Source of the DNA: an uncultured Gemmatimonadales bacterium
Lineage (GTDB): Bacteria > Gemmatimonadota > Gemmatimonadetes > Gemmatimonadales > GWC2-71-9
DNA length: 27,846 nucleotides
Reading direction: 5' to 3'
Assembly (NCBI GenBank): GCA_963748815.1
Contig: CAVVKJ010000012.1
Location: forward strand, 1 to 27,846
Under the pieces are notes generated by a model. The model saw only the letters and a program-made list of their open reading frames with translations. It was not told the origin of the DNA and ran no database searches. A program made the position numbers and the translations under genes. Position 1 is the stretch's first letter; each line of letters starts with the position of its first letter. Shown here piece after piece: positions 19,237 to 27,846 of this stretch.

Positions 19237-21661
19237 TAGACCCGCTGCCCCGCTGGCCTACACTCCCGCCCCAATCTTCGCCGTGTTCATCCTCCGCGGT
19301 GTAGCCGTACACGTAGCTGTAGTACTTGTATCCCGCCTGCCTGGTGTCCACGTCGTTGAGCACCGCGCCGAGGAGCCGGATCGGGAGGCGATCCACCAGC
19401 TTGAGCTTCTCCTCCGCCATGGCGCGGTCGGTTTCCCCGGCCCGGAGCACCAGCACCATGTGCCCGGTGGCCGCGCCGAGCACGAACGGATCGATGCCGG
19501 CGCCGAGGGGTGGGCTGTCCACCAGGATCACGTTGAACGCCGTCTTCAGCTGCGCCATCAGCTCGCTCATCCTGGCGGAGCCGAGCATCTCCGGGCCGTG
19601 ATGGAGCCGGGTGCCGCAGGGGATGACGGTCAGGCCGTTGAATTCGGTGGGCCGGAGAATCTCGGCGACCGAGGCGCTCCCCCCCAGATAGTCGAGGAGC
19701 CCGGGCTGCCGGTTGATGGAAAACGCGCGATGCAACTCGCCTCGCCGGATGTCGCCGTCGATCAGCAGGGTCTTGTACCCCGCCTCGGCGAAGGAGCGCG
19801 CGAGGTGGGAGGAAATCAGCGACTTCCCCTCGCTCGGGCCGGGGCTGGTGATGGTGAGGCGCACCGGGCCGGAACCGTACGAGTGGGCCAGGTTGAGCCG
19901 GATGCTCCGGAACGCCTCGAGCGTCTGCGAGGCATCGGCCGGCTTCTCGACGCCGTCCTTGCCCCGCTTGATGGCCGGCACCGCGCCGAGAATCGCGAGG
20001 CCGAGCTCGCGGGTCACCTGGTCGGTGTAGCGGAACCGCTTGTCGAGCTGGTCGAGCAGGATGGCCAGCGCGAACGGCGAGCCCGAGGCTCGCCATGAAG
20101 CCGAGCAGGATGATGCGCGGCGCCGAATTGGAGGTCGGGCGCCGCGGTGTCACCGCCGGATCGAGGATCTTGACGTCGGGAATGGCGCTGGCCAGCGCGA
20201 GCTTCGCCTCTTCGTACCGCGTCGGAGAGCGTCGTGTAGAGCGTGGCCGCCGCCTGCTGTTCGCGCGTCAGCCGCTGCTCATTGATGGTCCGGGTCGGGA
20301 TCTGCTGCAGGTCCCGGGACTGCGTCGCGATCTGGCCGTCCAGCACCTGTTCCTGGGTCAGCATCTGCGCCACCAGCCCGTTGGCCAGCGCGGGGATCGT
20401 CTGGGTGCGGAGGGTGTTGATCCGGTCCTGCAGGTCGCGCACCGGCTTGTGCTCGTCGGTGTACCGGAACTTCAGGGCCCGGAGCTCCGCATCGGCCGAG
20501 GAGAGCTCCTCGAGGGCGCGGTTCAGGTCCGGGGCGTTCCGGACCGCCGGAATGGTCTGGAAGGCGTCCATCGAGAAGCCAGGCGTGCCGATCCGGGACA
20601 CCACGCCCTGCAGCGCCGTCCGGTCCCGCTTCAACTCCTCCACCTGGATCTTCTGGTTGAAGTAGTTGGTGAGCACGGTCGGCTGGGTGGACTGCAGCCC
20701 GGCCGCCACCGGCACATTCTCGGTCGGCAGGGTGATGGTGCTGACCCGGTAGCTCTCCAGCTTGGTCTCGGCCTCACGGAGCTGCTCCTCGGCGTACTGC
20801 ACCTGCTCGCCCAGCGTCTCGGTCAGGATGGCCAGCTTCCGGCGCTTGAGGTCGGCGGCCACGTCCACGAACTGGTTGATGACGTCGTTCAATGTCGCCG
20901 CCGCCTTCGCCGGCGTTGGGGCCCGACGACCGAGAGCCGGATGAAGTTGGCCTGCTGCGGGTTGTTCAGCTGCGGTGGTGAAGCTGTTGAGGAGCTTCTG
21001 GCCGGCCTCGCGCGGCGTCACGACGCTGAAGTCGATGGTGCGGTCCGCGCCGAGCGTCTCGCGGTCGCGGGCGCCCAGAGGAAGCCCGACCGGCCGTCCG
21101 ATCGAGTCTCCCACGGCGCCGCGCTCGACCACGCCCTGCCCGGTCCGACTCCAGCGTCCAGCGCTGTCCCGCCTTGTCGATCGTGCAGCTTGTAGTTGCC
21201 GCGTCACGAACTTGTCGGCGAGGGCGAAATCGGCGAAGGCGAGCGAGTCCTTCTCCTTCGCGGGAGTGAGGTAGAGCCGCTGGCTGATGGCGACGCTGTC
21301 GAGCACCACGCCGGTCGTGAGCAGTTCGAGCCAGCCGAAGGACCGGAGCAGTTCGGCGGCCCGGATCGGACCGGCGTCATCCGGCGGCGGCTCGATGTAG
21401 ATGGTGGCGGTGGCCTTGTATTCCGGCTTGAGGAATCGGGTGGCGCCGACGCTCGCGGCAGTGCCCAAGACGACGATCCGCCAGCATCAGCCACTTGTAC
21501 CGCCGGAGCGCGGAGACGTACCGGCCCCAGGGAATCCCCGGCTCCGGGAGGGGAGGCGCCGCCGCCAGATTGCCCAGCGCGCCGAGGTCCGGCTCGCCGG
21601 CAACGGTAATGGAGGAGTGGTCCTCCCCTGGGGATACTGGCTGGATCTGGCTGGGGGTCAT
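19172..21661 (-). CDS. wzc: Polysaccharide co-polymerase / BY tyrosine kinase (Wzc), multiply frameshifted
   Basis: N-terminal TM and KPEYKATATIYI; periplasmic coiled coil with RYTDEHKPV; second TM; EAFRSIRLNL, Walker A SPGPSEGKS, LLIDGD, ILVDSPP, Tyr cluster YKYYSYVYGY. The true stop may be TAG at 19258-19260. Confidence 0.9.
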
Positions 21662-21738
21662 CGGTGCGGTACTCCGCTCAAGTTGCGAGGCCGGATCGGG
21701 GAGGCCCACGCTCATAAGGTACAGAATGCCCTCGGTAA

Positions 21739-21794
21739 CGCAATTGAGGGGCCGTTCCAGGCCGCAAGCTAACAAATTGTTAAATAAATACTTA
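21739..21794 (-). promoter_or_regulatory. sigma54 promoter of wzc plus IHF-like dyad
   Basis: Minus cGGcccctcaattGCg (21739-21754; GG-N10-GC, TTGC). Dyad taa gtat tta tttaa caa tttg tta (21770-21794) ends 16 nt upstream of the GG. Confidence 0.7.
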
Positions 21795-21909
21795 CATGCC
21801 ATTTTACCGCCTGGCCCACCCTCAAACCGATGCGCCTCGGCATCAATGTTGCCCTTCTGCACCGCCGGTGTGGTTATGTTGGGACGGTTTCGAGCTCGGG
21901 CCCCTGATC

Positions 21910-21966
21910 GTCACCCCCGCGAAAGCGGGGGTCCAGTCTCTGGATTCCCGCTTTCGCGGGAATGAC
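21910..21966. repeat. REP/dRS3-like palindromic element, inverted doublet
   Basis: gtcacccccgcgaaagcgggggtccag-tct-ctggattcccgctttcgcgggaatgac; the second half contains ATTCCC-N8-GGGAAT. Confidence 0.85.
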
Positions 21967-22047
21967 GCGGCCGCAGAGGGTTCGGTAGTCAACCCGGCCC
22001 CCGGGCTTTCGGCGGTATCCAATGGTCCAGACTGGTGGAGTCAAAGT

Positions 22048-23558
<1,511 letters not shown>

Positions 23559-23562
<4 letters not shown>

Positions 23563-24668
23563 GTAAGGACCCGCTGACCGCCTCACCCCCAGCCATCCCC
23601 GACGCCTCCCTCGGCGGGGTGGACGACCGCCTCTGGGTGGCGCTGGAGCGCGCCGCCAGCAGGGTCACCGCGGAATGGCGCCTCCTTTCCGAGGATGCCG
23701 TGTCCGCGGAGGAGGCGGGGGCGGGGCTTGCCCATCTCCTCGGCGGGATGCTCCGCATCGCCATGAACGAGGAGCCGGACGCCGAGGCGTTGCCTCGGTC
23801 GGTCCTCGGCCGCCGGCTGCTCGCGGTGCTGCGCCGGCACTTCGTCAAGGAAGTGCGGTCGCTGGAGCGGATGCCCGATGCCGGCCAGCTGCTCACCGTA
23901 TTCGCCTGCTTCGAGAAGCTCTACACCTACCTCGAGTCAGACTGGTCCAAGCGGTTCGCCGAGCGGATGGGTGGCGCGGGAGGGCTCGAACTGGTGGTGG
24001 AAGTCGCGCACGACTTCCGAAGCCCGCTCACCTCCATCCTCTTCCTCGCGGAAACGCTGAAGCATGGCCGTTCCGGACCCATCACCCCGCTACAGGAGCG
24101 GCAGCTCGGCCTCATCTACAGCGCCGCGTTCGGCCTGAGCGGCGTCGCCTCCGACGTGGTGGAACTGGCGCGCGGCGGCGACCGACTGGTCGAGCTGGAG
24201 CCGACGCCATTTTCGCTGGCCGACATCTTCGAGTCGGTGCGTGACATCACCGAACCGATTGCGGTCGAGAAGGGCCTGGAAATCCGCCTGGTGCCGCCTG
24301 AATCTGATCTGCGGATCGGGCATCCGGTGGCGCTCTCCCGCGTGCTCCTCAACCTCAGTACCAACGCCCTCAAGTTCACCGACGAGGGGGTGGTGGAGGT
24401 AGGCGGGCGGAGGACCGAGGGCGATGCCCTGGAGTTCTGGGTGCAGGACTCCGGTCGCGGAATTCCCCCCGCCTCGATGGTCTCCCTGTACGAACCCTTC
24501 CGCCGTCGCCAGCGTCCCGGCGAATACGCCTTTTCCGGTTCCGGCCTCGGCCTCTCCATCTGTCGCAAGCTGGTCGAGGCGATGGGTGGGGAATTGAAGG
24601 TCGACTCCGAGGAGGGGAAGGGAGCAAGATTCCACTTCACCATCGAGCTTCCTGCCGCAGCACACTGA
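23559..24668 (+). CDS. Soluble sensor histidine kinase (HisKA + HATPase_c)
   Basis: GTGA overlap with upstream stop; [34 protein letters not shown]; no obvious TM segment. Confidence 0.92.
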
Positions 24669-24692
24669 GATTGCCGTCACACCCCGTCGCGA

Positions 24693-24736
24693 TTGCCTCA
24701 CCCCCTGCCCCCTCTCCACCATGTGGAGAGGGGGGA
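24693..24736. repeat. BoxC-like palindromic repeat (possible terminator or stabiliser)
   Basis: ttgcctcaccccctgccccctctccaccatgtggagagggggga, near-identical to 19125-19168. Confidence 0.85.
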
Positions 24737-24780
24737 TCCCCCGCTATATTACTGGGTTCCTTCGCTTCGGAGCCCTAGCC

Positions 24781-26385
24781 GTGCCCAGCAGCCACCTCGC
24801 CACCCTCTTCCAGGAACGGGTGCAGGCGCATCCAGACCGGGAACTGGTGGTCCACGGGGCGCTGCGGTTCAGCTACGCCGAGGTGGATCGGCAGGCGGCG
24901 GGGTTGGCCGCGTCGCTGCAAGGGCTGGGCGTCGGGGCAGGGGACAAGCTGGCGGTGGACCTCCCCAACTGGCCGGAGTGGGTGGTGGCCTTCCTGGCAG
25001 GCGCCAGGCTCGGCGCCACCGTGGTGCCGCTCGACCCGGGGCTGAGCTTCCACGAGCTGAAGTACCAGCTCCGGCACTCCGAGGCGAAGGTCGTCGTCAC
25101 CCCGGAGGTCTGGAGCGGGACCGACTACCTCGAGCTGTATGAGGAGATGCTTCCGGACCTCCCCGACCTCCACCACGTGATCACGGTGGGGCCGGAGGAT
25201 CTGTGGACCGACGACAGATTCCTCCAATTTGAGGATCTGGCATCAAAGGGAAGTCAGGGCTGGACCCCCGCTTTCGCGGGGGTGACAGCGGTGGCCGCGG
25301 CTTCAGCCGCGACTCGCGGAGCGGACGAGCCGCTGGCGCTCCTCTACACCTCCGGCACCATGGGGAAGCCGAAGGGTGTGCTCCTCTCGCACCGGAACCT
25401 GGTGGACACGGCCCGTCTGAGCGCCGAGGCGCTGGAACTGGTCGATGGAGACCGGGTGCTGGGCACGGTGCCCTTCTTCCACGTCTTCGGCGTCTCGACC
25501 GTGATCGGGACCATCGCTGCGGGCGGCACGCTGGTGCTGCAGGAGCGGTTCGAGGCGGGTGGAGCGCTGGAACTGCTGGAGCGGGAGCGGATCACCGTCT
25601 GCCATGGCGTGCCGACGATGTTCCAGCTCCTGATGCGGGACAGGACGTTTGCGGGCCGCGACCTCTCGGCGCTGCGGACGGGGGTGGTGGCGGGCGCGCC
25701 GGTGTCGCCCGACCTGGTGCGGAAGATCCGCGCCTGGTGCAATGTGGAGATCGCGTACGGGCTCACGGAGACGGGCCCCACCATCTGCATGACGCGGCCC
25801 GGCGACCCGGCCGAGCGTCGCGCGCAGACGGTGGGATGCCCGCTCCCGGGGGTGGAGGTGAAGGTGGTGGACTTGGCGACCGGGAGCTTGCATGGGCCGG
25901 AAGCCGTTGGCGAACTCGCGGTGAAGGGTGCCAACGTGATGCTGGGGTATCACCGCATGCCGGGCGAGACGGCACGCGCCCACGGACCGGAGGGGTTTCT
26001 CCTCACCGGCGACCTCGTGGTGGTGGACGAGGCGGGCGCCGTGCAGATCGTGGGTCGCCGCAAGGAGATGATCATTCGCGGCGGCAACAACGTCACGCCC
26101 AGGGAAGTGGAAGACGTCCTCCGGACCCATCCGGCCGTGGACGACGTCTGCGTGGTCGGCGTCCCCAACGAATTGCTCGGGGAGCTGGTGTGCGCCTGCG
26201 TCGTGCCGGTGGAAGGGGCCATCCTGACCGGCGACGAACTCAAGGAGTTCGGTCGCGACCAACTTGTGGACTACAAGGTCCCTGACCTCGTCCGCTTCTT
26301 CGACGCCTTCCCGATGACCGGGTCCGGGAAGGTCAAGCGAATGGAGCTGGCGCGAGTGGTGGACCTGGAGCTGAACACTACGTGA
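24781..26385 (+). CDS. AMP-binding enzyme, acyl-CoA ligase family
   Basis: [57 protein letters not shown] upstream of GTG 24781. Confidence 0.92.
   Translation: MPSSHLATLFQERVQAHPDRELVVHGALRFSYAEVDRQAAGLAASLQGLGVGAGDKLAVDLPNWPEWVVAFLAGARLGATVVPLDPGLSFHELKYQLRHSEAKVVVTPEVWSGTDYLELYEEMLPDLPDLHHVITVGPEDLWTDDRFLQFEDLASKGSQGWTPAFAGVTAVAAASAATRGADEPLALLYTSGTMGKPKGVLLSHRNLVDTARLSAEALELVDGDRVLGTVPFFHVFGVSTVIGTIAAGGTLVLQERFEAGGALELLERERITVCHGVPTMFQLLMRDRTFAGRDLSALRTGVVAGAPVSPDLVRKIRAWCNVEIAYGLTETGPTICMTRPGDPAERRAQTVGCPLPGVEVKVVDLATGSLHGPEAVGELAVKGANVMLGYHRMPGETARAHGPEGFLLTGDLVVVDEAGAVQIVGRRKEMIIRGGNNVTPREVEDVLRTHPAVDDVCVVGVPNELLGELVCACVVPVEGAILTGDELKEFGRDQLVDYKVPDLVRFFDAFPMTGSGKVKRMELARVVDLELNTT
25260..25286. 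repeat. REP/dRS3-like element inside the acyl-CoA ligase CDS
   Basis: ctggacccccgctttcgcgggggtgac is the exact reverse complement of 21910-21936; read in frame as WTPAFAGVT. Confidence 0.9.
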
Positions 26386-27846
26386 ACAACCGTCACATCA
26401 TCCGCGCCGGCCGTCCGGTCGCCGCGACCGCCGCCACCGTGCACGCCCCGAACGCGGCGCTGCTCATCGACTTCGACAACGTCACCCTCGGCATCCGCTC
26501 CGACCTGACCAAGGAACTGCGGACCCTCCTCAACAGCGACATCATCAAGGGGAAGGTGGCCGTCCAGCGGGCCTACGCCGACTGGCGCCGCTACCCGCAG
26601 TACATCGTGCCGCTCTCGGAGTCGTCGATCGACCTGATCTTCGCCCCCGCCTTCGGCACCAACAAGAAGAACGCCACCGACATCCGCCTCGCGGTCGATG
26701 CCATCGAGCTGGTCTTCACCCGGCCCGAGATCGGCACCTTCATCCTGCTCTCGGGCGACAGCGACTTCTCGTCGATGGTCATCAAGCTGAAGGAGTACGG
26801 CAAGTACGTCATCGGCGTCGGCATCCGGGAGTCGGCCAGCGACCTCCTGATCCAGAATTGCGACGAGTACTACTCGTACAGCGACCTGGCCGGGCTCACG
26901 AAGGAGGAGGACACCCCCTCCATCCAGCGCGATCCGTGGGAGCTGGTGCGCGAGGCCGCCGCCCAGATGGTCCGGAACGACGACGTCATGCGCTCCGACC
27001 GCCTGAAGCAGGTGATGCAGCAGATCGACCCGCACTTCGACGAGAAGAACGCCGGCTACAGCCGGTTCAGCAAGTTCGTGACCGATGCCGGTGCCAAGGG
27101 GATCCTGGTCGTCAACAAGATGGAGAACGGCCAGTACGAGATCGCGCCGGTCGCGGGCGGCGTCGGAACCTCGGCGGGGCAGCGGGGCCGCGGGGCCGCG
27201 GGGCCGTAGGGGCACGGCATGCCGTGGCCCAGGCCGCCGTGCCCGCGCCCGCCGCCACGGCGGACGCCGGAGGAGAAGAAGGGGCGTGGTCGTCGCCGGG
27301 GCGGTCGTGGTCGTGGCCGTGGCGAAGATCGTCCCGCCGGCGGAGGGTGCAGCGGCAGCGACCGGGCCGAAGGGGCTCACCCTCGCCTCGGCGTTCGCGC
27401 TGATGGCGCAGGTCCTGGCCGAACTTCCCAATCCGGTGGCGCACGACGCGCTGCGGGCCCGGATGGCGGCGCTCCATGGCCGTGAGGACACCCTGCTCGA
27501 AACCGGGCGCTTCGCCAAGCTGCTCCGCCAGGCGAACGACGCCGAAGTGGCGGATGTCCGGAAGACGGGCGACGACAGCTACGAAGTGTCGGTCCACCCG
27601 ACCGACATCGCGGTTCCCCATCGGCGACCCGCCGCGAGGCCGTCGCCGGCCGTGGATGCGGTGGCGGCCCCGAGTGCGGAAGACGGCAAGTCGCCGCCCG
27701 CCGCTGCGGTCGCGACCATCGTCCCGACGGCACCGGGGCGGTTCCGCCGCGGCGCACGGATGGGCTCACAGAAGTCGGAGATCCCGTTGGTGGGCATGGT
27801 CGTCGTCGATGACGAGGGCGGATCGGCGGGGCAGCGGGGCAGCGGG
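26382..27846 (+). CDS. NYN (LabA/DUF88) nuclease-domain protein with LOTUS/OST-HTH domain(s), 3'-truncated, frameshifted in linker
   Basis: [46 protein letters not shown]-like [26 protein letters not shown]; after an RG-rich linker a second winged-helix-like domain ([10 protein letters not shown]...[19 protein letters not shown]) open to the window end. Confidence 0.8.

Noticed and set aside
19172..19260. Repeat-derived C-terminal tail on Wzc (GQRGSGSTSPPNPLSMIWRGG)
   Set aside because: An indel near 19285 gives a plain end (TAKIGAGV*, TAG 19258-19260) before the repeats; probably read error.
21796..22047. 84-aa N-terminal extension of the NtrC regulator
   Set aside because: Runs through the wzc regulatory region and the palindromic repeat; ATG 22048 is more plausible.
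24721..24780. ATG 24721 as start of the acyl-CoA ligase
   Set aside because: The ATG lies in the loop of the BoxC-like repeat; GTG 24781 has an RBS.

Overview
GC-rich bacterial window. Gene order and protein style suggest Gemmatimonadota, but that is inference. Many single-base and dinucleotide indels split genes across frames, as in an unpolished long-read assembly, so several CDS below are reconstructed across frameshifts. Bases 1-21661 are a Wzx/Wzy-type exopolysaccharide locus: two surface proteins ending in polysaccharide-lyase-like beta-sandwich domains (one a lipoprotein with four near-identical 258-bp Ig-like repeats), a GT-C membrane glycosyltransferase, a Wzy/O-antigen-ligase-family protein, two polysaccharide deacetylases, two GT2, two GT4, a Wzx flippase, an SGNH hydrolase, a priming phosphoglycosyl transferase, an SLBB/OPX export protein, a small CxxC-CxxC protein, a REC plus degenerate-GGDEF protein and a Wzc tyrosine kinase. 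It is followed by a sigma54-dependent NtrC-family activator, a soluble histidine kinase, an AMP-binding acyl-CoA ligase and an NYN-LOTUS protein that runs off the end. The locus is split into many divergent and convergent units. Five intergenic regions carry sigma54 -24/-12 motifs, and four promoters share a 25-bp dyad motif. Three families of short repeats are present, two of which also sit inside coding sequence.
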